Shown: positions 9,702 through 20,088, numbered from the stretch's first letter. The stretch is 64,000 nucleotides of DNA from Gammaproteobacteria bacterium (GCA_021773275.1 JAJFKJ010000053.1:63421-127420); one strand, 5' to 3'. Numbers and translations: made by a program. The notes: generated from the letters alone by a model not told the origin.

Positions 9702-10881
9702 AGCATTAGCGCAACGTTTACAGCAGCAAACCGATGCAGGACTGTGGCGTGAGCATCGATTGCGCGCAAGCGCGCAGGATAAAAAAGTTACTTACGGTGG
9801 CAAAGCACTGCTCAACTTTAATAATAATGATTACCTCGGGCTATCAAATCACCCTGAGGTAAAGCAGGCGTTTATGCAGGCAGCACAAGTGTATGGCGTC
9901 GGTTCCGGCAGTGCTAATACGCTATCAGGGTATACACAAGCCCATGAAGACCTGGTAAATGCTTTGGCAGCCTGGCTACAGCGCGACAAGGTTTTATTAT
10001 TTTCCAGCGGTTATATCGCCAACCTTGCCATACTGACTACTTTGATGCAGCCACAAGATGTTATTTTTGCAGACAAGCTCAACCATGCATCATTGAATGA
10101 TGGCATGCGTTTTTCGGGTGCAAAGTTTAAACGTTTTGCGCACAACAATATGCAACGCTTAGCAAACGATTTGAGTAAATACCCAGAGGAAAACAAATGG
10201 ATAGTTACAGAGGGTGTTTTTAGTATGGAGGGTGATGCAGCAGATTTGCCACAACTAGCAAATCTTGCGCAGCAACATCAGGCACAGTTGATTGTTGATG
10301 ATGTGCATGGCCTGGGGGTGTTAGGTGCAACGGGTGCAGGCAGCTTAGAGGTGCATGGCCTAAGCCAAAAAGATGTGCCCATATTAATGGGTGGTTTTGG
10401 TAAATCATTTGGAACACAGGGGGCGTTTGTTGCCGGATCAAAAGTTTTCATTGATGCATTAATGCAGTTTGCACGACCTTATTTATTTACAACTGCAATG
10501 GCGCCAGCGCTCGCAGCGGCGACTACGCAATCAATTGCGATTATAAGAGAAGACAATAAACGCCGTGAGCATTTGCAAAATATTATTCATTATTTTAGAG
10601 AGCAAGCAGGCAACCTGGGCTTGCAGCTCCTGCCTTCGAGCACAGCTATCCAGCCAATCGTATATAACTCTATTGAAGAGGTGCAAAGAATATCAGAAGC
10701 CCTTTATAATAACGGCATTCTTGTTTCATGCATACGCTACCCAACGGTGCCAAAAGACAGCCCTAGGTTGCGCATAAGCTTAAATGCGAATCATGATTAC
10801 AAAGACATCGATATATTATTAACCACACTTGAGAAAATTTCACATGAACAAACAGCCTGCGCTACAGAAGACTCTTGCTGA
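9694..10881 (+). CDS. bioF: 8-amino-7-oxononanoate synthase.
   Basis: The GTG start overlaps the bioB stop. It has a PLP-dependent aminotransferase class II fold and sits in the bioBFCD order. Confidence 0.9.
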
Positions 10882-11491
10882 GCGAATTTTACAACGTTTA
10901 GACTTTATTAAACTACAAGCAGAATGTGTGCTCGATTTGGGGATAAATAATAGTTGCATGCAGGAGGGCCTGAGCAAAAAATACCCGCAGGCAAAAATTA
11001 ACACCCTAGAGCCTTTGAAAATAAATCTTCCTGATGCCAGTGTCGATCTAGTGGTGTCGAACTTAGCAATAAATGAAGATCTAGAACACGTACTGCAGCT
11101 TGTTATGCGTGTATTAAAACCCGAGGGTGTTTTCATGTTTACGCAGCTGGGTGTTGACAGCCTAAAAGAAATGAAAAAAGAGGGTGTGCAATTTCCAGAT
11201 ATGCACGATATTGGAGATGTATTATTAAAACTTGGTTTTAAAGACCCCGTGATGGATATGGAAAATATCATGTTTACATACGATGAAACAAGTAAAATCA
11301 TGCCTGACATGCAAGACACAGGTTTCGAATATTTATTGGGTAAGCATCAAGGCGCAACATTAGAAAATGGTTTGTATCCGCTTACATTTGAAATTATTTA
11401 TGGTTTGGCCTATAAGCCTACTAAAGCAAAGCAACATTCACATGATGGTGAAGTGAGAGTATCTATCGATGAAATCACTAAGCGAAACTAA
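10829..11491 (+). CDS. bioC: BioC-like malonyl-ACP O-methyltransferase homolog with a degenerate SAM motif I.
   Basis: DLVVSNLAI, VLKPEGVFMFTQL and YPLTFEIIYG align with E. coli BioC. The motif I position reads VLDLGINNS instead of VLDAGCGPG. The start is uncertain (10829 or 10844) and overlaps the bioF end. Confidence 0.65.
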   Translation: MRKFHMNKQPALQKTLAERILQRLDFIKLQAECVLDLGINNSCMQEGLSKKYPQAKINTLEPLKINLPDASVDLVVSNLAINEDLEHVLQLVMRVLKPEGVFMFTQLGVDSLKEMKKEGVQFPDMHDIGDVLLKLGFKDPVMDMENIMFTYDETSKIMPDMQDTGFEYLLGKHQGATLENGLYPLTFEIIYGLAYKPTKAKQHSHDGEVRVSIDEITKRN

Positions 11492-12131
11492 TTATTTTAT
11501 TACCGGCACGGATACAGATTGCGGCAAGACCTATGTCACTGTGCAACTGTTAAAACAAGCGGTAGCACAAGGCAAAACAAGCTTGGGTCTTAAACCTATT
11601 GCGGCAGGTGGTAAGGAAGATGTCTTGGCGCTGCAACAGGCAAGTACGGTGAAACTTTCTTATGAGCAGGTAAATCCTTTTTATCTTACAAAGCCTCTGA
11701 GCCCGCATTTAGCAGCCAAAATTGATAACAAAACTTTAACAGTGCAAGAAACTGCCCTCGCAGTACAACCTTATCTTAATCAAGCACAGCTATGTTTAGT
11801 AGAAGGCGCGGGTGGTATTATGGTGCCAATCAATGCACAAGAAACCATGCTGGATTTAATGCTAGCTTTAGATATACCGGTTATCTTAGTGGTGGGTCTA
11901 CGATTAGGGTGTCTTAACCATGCATTGTTATCGTATCAAGTTCTGAAAAGTGCAAGTGTAAAAGTGGCTGGCTGGGTGGCAACACAAGTCGACCCTGAAA
12001 TGCTGTGCTATGAGGAGAATATCAAAACCTTACAAGAGAAATTAGAAGTGCCGATGTTAGCGCAATTTAATCATAGTAGTAAGGTGTGCCAAAATATATC
12101 TGTGCAGCCATGTGTAGAGGCAAGTTTTTAG
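11469..12131 (+). CDS. bioD: Dethiobiotin synthetase.
   Basis: It has the YFITGTDTDCGKT P-loop typical of BioD and sits in the bioBFCD order. Confidence 0.9.
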   Translation: MKSLSETNYFITGTDTDCGKTYVTVQLLKQAVAQGKTSLGLKPIAAGGKEDVLALQQASTVKLSYEQVNPFYLTKPLSPHLAAKIDNKTLTVQETALAVQPYLNQAQLCLVEGAGGIMVPINAQETMLDLMLALDIPVILVVGLRLGCLNHALLSYQVLKSASVKVAGWVATQVDPEMLCYEENIKTLQEKLEVPMLAQFNHSSKVCQNISVQPCVEASF

Positions 12132-13053
12132 TATAGGGTGTTTGAGCAGCCGAAAAATTACGCATTGCAGGGTGGCTACTACGTAAAGTCTTTTCCTTCT
12201 TACTTAAAGCGACAAGCAATTGATGACTAAAGTGAGAGTCTAAATTATCACTGGCAACAAGGTATGACATGGCAGAAAATGTTTGTGTGTGTTCTTGTTC
12301 CGAGCTGTATATGCCAGCACCCACTTGAGTAGGGAACATAATGGTTTCAAGCGAAAGTACTTTCTTGATAAGCGCGTTATCTAAAGGTACTAGTTTTATG
12401 TCGCAATTTTCCATTAAAGGTTTGTAGTTAACAACAGGGTGCCCTGACATCGTAATAGCAGCATCGATTTTTCCACTACAAAGTTTTTGGAACAATGCTT
12501 TATTATTTATATCTTCACGTAGGCTTGCAAAATCGCTGCGCGATAATCCGGTAAGGCGCATGATGAGCTCGGTGCTTGCACGTTGATCATCATAAGGTTT
12601 GCCGATATTGATGTGTTTATTTCGCAAGTCTTGCAAGCTGTTTATGTTGCTATCTTTTTTAACCAGAATGCTAAAAGGTTCAGGGTATAGAGGTAATAAT
12701 ACGCCTAGGTCAGGGCTGGCACCCATATGTGTAAAGTGACTCGTGCCTTTGATGGCATGTAGCAACATATCTGATTGTGCGATGGCAAGGTCAAGTCGTC
12801 TAGTGGCTAAGCCTTGCAGGTTAGCCATTGAGCCGGATGTATGTACGACGGTGCAAGCGTAGTCCTTTTGCAGAACCTCGTCTTCTTCGATAATATCGCA
12901 AATACTGTAGGCCACAGTGGAATAGATGCAGTCATCATTACCTGCACCGATGTAGATCATCTGTTTAGCAACAGCAGTACTTGCCATCGATAAACATATA
13001 AGAGACAAAATACTCGTGCATAATCGTTTGCCCAGACGCATGCATAACTCCAT
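12067..13053 (-). CDS. TAXI-family (TRAP-associated) periplasmic solute-binding protein; orphan, with no adjacent permease.
   Basis: It has a signal peptide (CTSILSLICLSMASTAVA) and a SGSMANLQGLATRRLDLAIAQSD motif like the TAXI GGSxxN...DxAxxQSD signature. It overlaps the bioD end convergently by 65 nt. Confidence 0.65.
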   Translation of the reverse strand: MELCMRLGKRLCTSILSLICLSMASTAVAKQMIYIGAGNDDCIYSTVAYSICDIIEEDEVLQKDYACTVVHTSGSMANLQGLATRRLDLAIAQSDMLLHAIKGTSHFTHMGASPDLGVLLPLYPEPFSILVKKDSNINSLQDLRNKHINIGKPYDDQRASTELIMRLTGLSRSDFASLREDINNKALFQKLCSGKIDAAITMSGHPVVNYKPLMENCDIKLVPLDNALIKKVLSLETIMFPTQVGAGIYSSEQEHTQTFSAMSYLVASDNLDSHFSHQLLVALSKKEKTLRSSHPAMRNFSAAQTPYTKNLPLHMAAQIYFGTPYYYD

Positions 13054-13204
13054 TTATAGCTTTTAGAACTTCCTTGCTCAACAATACAACATGAAATATT
13101 TAGGCTAAGGTGATATTATGACTGAACCACGATTAAATACAAGCTGTGTTGGCGGCGGTGGAATTTATAAGCCAGCTACCTATTTTTTATGAGAGAGGGA
13201 ATCC

Positions 13205-14575
13205 ATGGGCTTTTTTAGAAGCAGAAATTTATTGCATGGTGCAGACCAATGGTCATCAACAGTTGGTTTCGTATTAGCGACAACTGGGGCCGCGGTTGGT
13301 TTAGGTAATATCTGGATGTTTCCGTATATAGCGGGTATGAATGGCGGCGGTGCTTTTGTACTTATTTATTTAGCCTGTGTGCTGCTCATCGGTATCCCGA
13401 TCATGATGTCAGAAGCTTTGATTGGCCACTACGGGCATCAAAATCCCATGGATTGCATCGACATGATGGCCAGGGTTTCAGAGAAGTCTCGCAATTGGCG
13501 CTTCTTAGCAGTATGGGGCGGTATCGCACTCATCTGTATTTTATCGTTTTACAGTGTGGTTTCAGGTTGGTCGATAGGTTATCTATATAAAACCATAGCC
13601 GGTGTATTCCAAAGCAGTACCCAAGCAGAGATCAGTGCCGAATGGGCACATTTTCTTTCCGACCCTTGGGAATTATTATTGTTGCATACAATATTTATGG
13701 TCTCAACCATGACGATAGTTGCTTTTGGTGTTGAAAAAGGCTTAGAGCGGGCCTCTAAATTAATGATGCCTGGTTTGATCTTAATCTTATGCATGCTGGT
13801 TGTATACGGTATGTTTAATGGTAATTTTATGGAGGGGTTTGAATTTTTATTCAAGCCTGATCTATCAGAAGTAACAGCAAAAAGCGTGCTTGCAGCGATG
13901 GGTCTAGCATTCTTCACCTTGGCAATCGGTGCTAGCTGTATTGTGACTTATGCATCGTATTTGCCGGTGCAAACGCCTATTACCTCCAATATTATGAAGG
14001 TTGTTGCGCTTGATACCATGATCGCTTTATTAGCAGGTTTAGCTATCTTCCCACTGGTGTTCGGTTTTAATTTACAACCAGAAGCAGGCCCAGGTTTGAT
14101 GTTTGAAGTATTGCCTATGACTTTCAATCAAATGCCAGGTGGGCAGGTGATCGGGGGCTTGTTCTTCTTGTTACTATTGTTTGCAGCATTAACGGCATCG
14201 ATTTCTTTAGCGGAACCCTTGGTGATCATGACGGCTGAAAAGTTGCATATCAGTCGTGTGATGGCTGTTAGCATCATCGGCTTTATTGCTTGGTTGATGG
14301 GTATTGCGGTATTGCTATCGTTTAACCACTGGCAAGAGGTGAAATTATTTGGTCGCTATACCTTCTTTAATCTTGCCACAGATATTCCAACACGTATCGT
14401 GTTGCCGATTGGTGGTTTGTTGTTTGCGATTTTTGCGGGTTACAAAATTGACAAGCATATTGCACAAAAAGCGTTGCTACTAAAAAGTGATACTTGGTTT
14501 AATTTGTGGCGCTTTGTTGTACGTTACGTATCGCCTGTTGCAATTGTGATTGTATTTGTATCACAGCTTGTATAA
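13205..14575 (+). CDS. Sodium-dependent transporter, NSS/SNF family.
   Basis: It has the GLGNIWMFPY signature motif and twelve predicted TM segments. Confidence 0.85.
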   Translation: MGFFRSRNLLHGADQWSSTVGFVLATTGAAVGLGNIWMFPYIAGMNGGGAFVLIYLACVLLIGIPIMMSEALIGHYGHQNPMDCIDMMARVSEKSRNWRFLAVWGGIALICILSFYSVVSGWSIGYLYKTIAGVFQSSTQAEISAEWAHFLSDPWELLLLHTIFMVSTMTIVAFGVEKGLERASKLMMPGLILILCMLVVYGMFNGNFMEGFEFLFKPDLSEVTAKSVLAAMGLAFFTLAIGASCIVTYASYLPVQTPITSNIMKVVALDTMIALLAGLAIFPLVFGFNLQPEAGPGLMFEVLPMTFNQMPGGQVIGGLFFLLLLFAALTASISLAEPLVIMTAEKLHISRVMAVSIIGFIAWLMGIAVLLSFNHWQEVKLFGRYTFFNLATDIPTRIVLPIGGLLFAIFAGYKIDKHIAQKALLLKSDTWFNLWRFVVRYVSPVAIVIVFVSQLV

Positions 14576-14603
14576 CTCCTGAGATTTTGTAGATATGATC
14601 GCC

Positions 14604-14861
14604 TTAGTCGTCAGCTTTATCTTGAACGCTGACGACTGTTGCTGCAATAAGCGCACCCACAGAACTGCCACACAAAGTCGTTAAGACCAGTGAAAGCACC
14701 GCCCAACCCGTTAGTCCCGAAGGTGCTATGAGCGTAAATATTAAGAATCCGATAATTGCGGCAGGTGCGCCTAGTAAGGCTCCGCCGATTTTGGCTTGGT
14801 GCAACAACTTTTGTTTTTTGTCCTGCTCAGTTGCGCATTGTTCGATTACATCTAATATCAT
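14604..14861 (-). CDS. Hypothetical small two-TM membrane protein.
   Basis: An 85-aa ORF with two hydrophobic helices and no recognisable motif. Confidence 0.4.
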   Translation of the reverse strand: MILDVIEQCATEQDKKQKLLHQAKIGGALLGAPAAIIGFLIFTLIAPSGLTGWAVLSLVLTTLCGSSVGALIAATVVSVQDKADD

Positions 14862-14999
14862 GACTTACTACTTATACATTGCTACTTATAATTAAAATAT
14901 TAGTATATAGCTAGTTAATTGTCAAAAAATAACGATGTAAAACTGCAGCCTAGAATAAAACATTTAAAACTTATTAAATTTCAGGGGGTTATTGGGGTG

Positions 15000-15638
15000 T
15001 TAAACCGCCCCAAATTCTGCAAAATAATCTTTCATTGCATCAGCATGTACCAGCAGTTCCGGGTTACCCTGTAAATGCTGCAATAAATCGCTGAATTGAG
15101 CGATGGCAATCACCGGCACACCATAACGCTCGGCGACCTCTTGCACTGCAGATTGTTGGCCTTGCCCGCGTTCACCTCGGTCCAGCCCGATGACGATGCC
15201 AGCCAGTTGTGCACTTTCACGCTTGATAAGTTCTACTGAGCCATTGATTGCAGTGCCTGCGGTAATAAGATCGTCAACCACAACAACACGCCCTTGCAGT
15301 GGGGCACCGACTAAATCGCCGCCTTCACCGTGGGCTTTGGGCTCTTTACGGTCAAAGCAAAAAGGCACATCATGGCCGCCATCTGCCAATGCTATTGCGA
15401 GGCTGCTGACCAGAGGGATACCCTTGTAGGCGGGCCCAAAAATCATATCGTATTCAATGCCGCTGGCATTGAGTACATCGGCATAGCATTCGCCTAATAA
15501 CTTTAAAGCATGGCCGGTATCAAATAAGCCGGCATTAAAAAAGTAGGGGCTTTGTCGGCCTGATTTTAGTGTGAAATCACCGAACTTTAATACTTTGTAA
15601 TCTAGCGCTAATTGAATAAATGTTTGTGCTGTGTTCAT
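15000..15638 (-). CDS. pyrE: Orotate phosphoribosyltransferase.
   Basis: KFGDFTLKSGRQSPYFFNAGLF and VVVDDLITAGTA are collinear with E. coli PyrE. Confidence 0.95.
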   Translation of the reverse strand: MNTAQTFIQLALDYKVLKFGDFTLKSGRQSPYFFNAGLFDTGHALKLLGECYADVLNASGIEYDMIFGPAYKGIPLVSSLAIALADGGHDVPFCFDRKEPKAHGEGGDLVGAPLQGRVVVVDDLITAGTAINGSVELIKRESAQLAGIVIGLDRGERGQGQQSAVQEVAERYGVPVIAIAQFSDLLQHLQGNPELLVHADAMKDYFAEFGAV

Positions 15639-15737
15639 AATACCCCCAATAGAATCTGTTCTATTTTACAGCAAAATGTTACAAGTTGCTAAGCCCAGTA
15701 TGGTACAATTCTGATGGCAGTAGTAGGGAGATTTGAT

Positions 15738-16520
15738 ATGAGATTTGGAGATGGTCGCCGTGTCACTATACGCGTGAAACGTGACAAGCAAGCACAAGAT
15801 TTTCAGCCTAGTCAACACGCTGCAATAGAAGTGTTGTCTGCTGAAGGTGTAATAGCCAGGGAAAACATAGTACGCGCAGCAGAAAAAGAAACATCATTCG
15901 TATTAGATGCAAATAAACAACGTGAAAAAACTATACGCTTTCCTAGATTAAAAATCCACTTAGATGATCTGATAGCTGCGCTTCCGGTAGAAGGGAGTGG
16001 CCAAACAGGCCAAACTGTTTTTGCAAAAGCAATAATGGAGTTAAATCTCAGCGATAAAAAAGATTTACTCCAGGTTTTGGGCGTCATTAAAAATCACTAT
16101 GATCTTGATGGTATATTGGGCATGGGCTTAGAGTTGCTGAATGACATAATAAAAGAAGAGCACGGCTTGGCAGAAGGATGCCCATTGAATTTTTTGCACA
16201 AAAGTGCAGATATTGAATTTATAGACGATCAAACTGTAAAAATGACCATCGTGCAACAAACACCAACAGATATTGCAGTGCCCACGCATGACGGCTCGGG
16301 GCTAATACAGCACAGTTTAGACACACCCATCGAATTAAGAACAGCATTTGAATTAAAATTAGATGCACAAGGCAATGTGCAAGGAAAGCGTACGGAGTTT
16401 GCTGTTGCAAACGAGCATAAGCTTCATGAAATTATTGGTTTATATAGAGGCATTTCTTCCACTGAGAGCATGTCAATAGATGAACAATCTACTCATAATT
16501 CTTTTAGGTCAGTAAAATGA
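15738..16520 (+). CDS. Hypothetical protein, lineage-specific orphan.
   Basis: The ORF has a GGGAG RBS 8 nt upstream of the ATG at 15738 (the track ORF from 15714 uses an upstream start). I see no known motif. It lies between pyrE and xthA. Confidence 0.5.
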   Translation: MRFGDGRRVTIRVKRDKQAQDFQPSQHAAIEVLSAEGVIARENIVRAAEKETSFVLDANKQREKTIRFPRLKIHLDDLIAALPVEGSGQTGQTVFAKAIMELNLSDKKDLLQVLGVIKNHYDLDGILGMGLELLNDIIKEEHGLAEGCPLNFLHKSADIEFIDDQTVKMTIVQQTPTDIAVPTHDGSGLIQHSLDTPIELRTAFELKLDAQGNVQGKRTEFAVANEHKLHEIIGLYRGISSTESMSIDEQSTHNSFRSVK

Positions 16521-17284
16521 AAATAATAACGCTTAACATTAATGGTGTTCGTGCAGGTGCTCGTAAAGGGTTTTTTGATTGGCTACAAGATCAAAATGCA
16601 GACGTTGTATGCTTGCAAGAAACCAAAGCGCAAGTCGAACAGCTGCAAGACTCTATTTTTGCACCTGAAAATTATCATGTGCATTACGTTGATGCCGAGA
16701 AAAAAGGCTACAGCGGGGTCGCTTTATATTGCAAACAAAAGCCACAGCAAATCATTACCACGCTTGATCACCCCATCATGGACAATGAGGCGCGTTATAT
16801 CCAAGCTGATTTTGACGGTGTAAGCGTGGTATCTTTGTATCTGCCTTCTGGCAGCAGCAGCGAAGAGCGCCAAGATATTAAATTTCAGATTTTAGATTTT
16901 TATCAGGCATTATTAAAAAAACAGCTTGAAGAAAACCGTGAGTATATTATTTGTGGCGATTGGAACATTGCCCATAAAAATATTGATATCAAAAATTGGC
17001 GTGGCAATCAAAAGAACTCGGGGTTCTTGCCAGAAGAACGTGCTTGGCTTGATACCTTATTCGATGATGTTGGTTTTGTGGATGCATTTCGTGAAGTGAA
17101 CCAAGAAGAAGCGCAATATACCTGGTGGTCAAATCGCGGCCGCGCTTGGGATAACAATGTAGGCTGGCGCATCGACTACCAAATTGTCACCCCTGGTTTA
17201 AAAGGCAAAGTTAAATCGGCTGAAATCTACAAGGCGCAACGCTTTTCCGACCATGCGCCTTTAACAATGGAATATGAGTTGTAA
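16517..17284 (+). CDS. xthA: Exodeoxyribonuclease III.
   Basis: It has the LNINGVRA...CLQETK N-terminus and the C-terminal SDHAP motif, collinear with E. coli XthA. Confidence 0.95.
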   Translation: MKIITLNINGVRAGARKGFFDWLQDQNADVVCLQETKAQVEQLQDSIFAPENYHVHYVDAEKKGYSGVALYCKQKPQQIITTLDHPIMDNEARYIQADFDGVSVVSLYLPSGSSSEERQDIKFQILDFYQALLKKQLEENREYIICGDWNIAHKNIDIKNWRGNQKNSGFLPEERAWLDTLFDDVGFVDAFREVNQEEAQYTWWSNRGRAWDNNVGWRIDYQIVTPGLKGKVKSAEIYKAQRFSDHAPLTMEYEL

Positions 17285-17291
17285 AAAGAAT

Positions 17292-18008
17292 TTAAGTCAC
17301 CGCATCCTTTTGCAGTGCAATCAATTCAGCAATGCCTTTTTGTGCCAGCTCTGACATGCCGGTTAATTGTTGCATGCTGAAGGCGCCGGATTCGGCGGTA
17401 CCTTGCACTTCGATGAATTCATTTTTATCGTTCATCACAACATTCATGTCGGTTTCAGCGGTGCTGTCTTCGGTGTATTCGAGGTCGAGCATGACTTCAC
17501 CTTTATGTACCCCCACCGATACGGCAGCGATAAATTGTAAAAAAGCGCGTGATTTCAATACACCTAAATTTTCTAATTGTTTTACGGCATCATAAAGAGC
17601 AATACAGCCGCCGGTGATAGCTGCGGTGCGGGTTCCACCGTCTGCTTGCAAAACATCGCAATCAATTGTGATGGTGTTTTCGCCAATCGCTTTCATGTCG
17701 ATGCAAGTGCGCAAGCTACGACCAATAAGACGTTGAATTTCTTGTGTGCGACCGGATTGTTTGCCGCGCGCGGCTTCACGATCACTGCGGTCGTGCGTGG
17801 CACGTGGCAGCATTCCATATTCAGCTGTTACCCAGCCTTGGTTCTTGCCTTTTAAAAACCGCGGTACTTGCCCAGTTTGTATACTGGCATTACATAGCAC
17901 TTTCGTGTGGCCGAACTCAACCAGTACAGAGCCTTCAGCGTAACGCGTAAACTGGCGGGTAAATTTTATGGGACGCAATTCATTAAGTTTACGATTATCT
18001 GGGCGCAT
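17292..18008 (-). CDS. rph: Ribonuclease PH.
   Basis: [14 protein letters not shown]...TAEYGMLP...[12 protein letters not shown] aligns with E. coli Rph. The 12 codons upstream (to 18044) are probably not translated. Confidence 0.9.
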   Translation of the reverse strand: MRPDNRKLNELRPIKFTRQFTRYAEGSVLVEFGHTKVLCNASIQTGQVPRFLKGKNQGWVTAEYGMLPRATHDRSDREAARGKQSGRTQEIQRLIGRSLRTCIDMKAIGENTITIDCDVLQADGGTRTAAITGGCIALYDAVKQLENLGVLKSRAFLQFIAAVSVGVHKGEVMLDLEYTEDSTAETDMNVVMNDKNEFIEVQGTAESGAFSMQQLTGMSELAQKGIAELIALQKDAVT

Positions 18009-18072
18009 GGCTACCTCTGTATATGTGTTGTTTAATCGGTGCATTATATCATCTATCAGGTATAATTAGCCT

Positions 18073-19164
18073 ATGTACTATAAGACCTTACAACTTATAC
18101 AAAATCTTGGTAAGCAAGCACAGGAAGGTAAGCAGCTAAGCTGGATGAATAAACCCACGACGGTGGCATTGCCTTTTAACGTGAGTTGCATCAAACGGTT
18201 TGCCTCCTTACAGCCTATGGACCGAGTAGATTCAGATAGTCTTGATGCCTTAAGAACAGATTTAATCAGTCACAGCGATGAAAAAACCGCGAAACAACTG
18301 AACGTCTTGGAATGGGCATGCTTGATGGAAAGCAAAGACGCGAATTTGGCCCCAGGCACGTTATATGCAATGGCAAAGATTTTTTCTGATCTTTGGTCAG
18401 AATCATTTGAAGAACTTTATTACACTGTGCCTGAGAACGAACGTAAAGAAGCGTTTATCAAGCGCTACCTTGAAATTTGGAAGAAAGATCCAACTTATAG
18501 TGAAGATGATTTTGCGAAAAAACTGATGGCTTTTTCGCATGGTGCTGCAGGCAGAGAACGCAAGTCGCATCCTAAGCTTTTTGATCTTTTAAAAGTCATC
18601 ACATTAAAATCAAATGCCACTGTATACCCTGATTATGATGTTGGTAAAGTTGTATTTAAATTGCCCGCAGGTGATTTGGTTGCGGAGCAAGACAAGATTG
18701 CGGGAATGTTTAAAGAAGGGCTGCAAGGCCTTGCTGAAAAAGCTGGGGATAAATTACCGTTTGGCATGTTTAGCTTACTGGAGAAATATTTTTCTTTCGA
18801 AGGTGTATTAGGGCTTGATACCGCATTGTTTTATGCCATAGTCAAAAATAAATACGGCAGGGAACTGCCAGCACAAACAATTTTTGGTTTTGAGTATGAG
18901 CAGATCACAATAGATGTCGATGAAAATAAAGAACAAAAATTTGGCATCATGATTGATATTAAGAAGCGTTTAACAGAAATTTATATCGACGATGCAACAC
19001 AAGCGGTGATTAATATTGACCCGCCGCTCTTAGTGCATAGCTTATTATATATTACAGAAGAAAACGGTATCGTTGAAGCAAGGTTGGAAAATCTTACCAC
19101 GGTTAACTACAGTAAATTTGTTGCCACATTAAGTACACATATACTTAAAGGCACTAAAAAATAA
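18073..19164 (+). CDS. Hypothetical 363-aa protein, lineage-specific; inserted between rph and yicC.
   Basis: I see no recognisable domain. A TATAAT box lies immediately upstream. It occupies the rph|yicC junction, which is contiguous in enterics. Confidence 0.5.
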   Translation: MYYKTLQLIQNLGKQAQEGKQLSWMNKPTTVALPFNVSCIKRFASLQPMDRVDSDSLDALRTDLISHSDEKTAKQLNVLEWACLMESKDANLAPGTLYAMAKIFSDLWSESFEELYYTVPENERKEAFIKRYLEIWKKDPTYSEDDFAKKLMAFSHGAAGRERKSHPKLFDLLKVITLKSNATVYPDYDVGKVVFKLPAGDLVAEQDKIAGMFKEGLQGLAEKAGDKLPFGMFSLLEKYFSFEGVLGLDTALFYAIVKNKYGRELPAQTIFGFEYEQITIDVDENKEQKFGIMIDIKKRLTEIYIDDATQAVINIDPPLLVHSLLYITEENGIVEARLENLTTVNYSKFVATLSTHILKGTKK

Positions 19165-19175
19165 GGGAGTATTCC

Positions 19176-20075
19176 ATGTCCGATCCTAAGTTTGAGGTTC
19201 ATCCTGCAAAACAAGTGTGCAGTATGACCGCCTTTGCGCGAAAGCAATATAATGGTGATTGGGGTGCGCTTACTTTAGAAACCCGCACGGTAAACCATCG
19301 TTTTTTAGATGCAACAGTGCGCATGCCCGAATCAATACGTGTTTTAGAAAGCAGTGTTCGTGAAACTTTGCGCGATAAGCTCAATCGTGGCAAAGTGGAG
19401 CTCAATGTGCGTTTTGAGCCTGGCGAAGCAACCACGAAAATCACAATTAATTCAGCGATCGCGACCCAATTAAATGTTGCAGGCGATGAAATCACCAAGC
19501 TTATTCCAAGTGCACAGGGTATGCGCCTAAGTGAAATTTTGCAATGGCCAGGAGTTGTGCAGTCTGCAGAATTGGACATGGAAGTAATCAAACCGATATT
19601 TACACAGGCGCTAGATTCATTACTGGATAGCTTGCAAGAAAATCGAGCCAAAGAAGGCAGTGCTTTAACACAGCTGATCAATGAACGTCTTGATAAAATT
19701 GATGCAATGGTAGAAAAATTGCGACCCATGCAAGAAGAGTCGATTAAGATGCAGCGCGAAAAGATCATCATGCGCATAGAAGAAGCCAAGGTCTCAGTGG
19801 ACTCAAATCGCATCGAGCAAGAATTGGTGCTGTGGGCACAAAAGGCCGATATTGCGGAAGAGTTAGATCGTCTTGAAACCCATGTTCAGGCTGTGCGACA
19901 TGCTTTAAAAAAAGGTGGAGCCATCGGTCGACGCCTTGATTTTTTGATGCAAGAGTTAAACCGTGAGGCTAATACTTTAGGCAGTAAATCAGTTTCTGTG
20001 GTAACGACAAATATCAGTGTAGAAATTAAAGTATTGATTGAACAAATGCGCGAACAAGTGCAAAATATTGAGTAA
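19176..20075 (+). CDS. yicC: YicC-family stress-induced protein.
   Basis: MTAFARK...GDWGALTLETRTVNHRFLD matches the YicC N-domain. It has a strong AAGGGAG RBS and sits in the conserved yicC-gmk-rpoZ-spoT order. Confidence 0.85.
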   Translation: MSDPKFEVHPAKQVCSMTAFARKQYNGDWGALTLETRTVNHRFLDATVRMPESIRVLESSVRETLRDKLNRGKVELNVRFEPGEATTKITINSAIATQLNVAGDEITKLIPSAQGMRLSEILQWPGVVQSAELDMEVIKPIFTQALDSLLDSLQENRAKEGSALTQLINERLDKIDAMVEKLRPMQEESIKMQREKIIMRIEEAKVSVDSNRIEQELVLWAQKADIAEELDRLETHVQAVRHALKKGGAIGRRLDFLMQELNREANTLGSKSVSVVTTNISVEIKVLIEQMREQVQNIE

Positions 20076-20088
20076 GGAGTTATCACCA

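Noticed and set aside
14862-14999. AT-rich intergenic region with GGGGTGTTAAACCGCCCC; considered as a terminator for pyrE.
   Set aside because: The stem is imperfect, overlaps the pyrE stop codon, and lacks a clear U-tract on the relevant strand. Evidence is insufficient.
18009-18044. 12-codon N-terminal extension of rph in the ORF track. Similar extensions appear on gmk (20038..20088), parE (32061..32105), DUF1015 (38497..38538), epmA (45640..45675), hflK (62161..62205) and the antitoxin (51297..51374).
   Set aside because: Alignment with well-known orthologs and better-placed RBS motifs support the downstream starts. The extensions are ORF-caller artefacts from choosing the first in-frame start.
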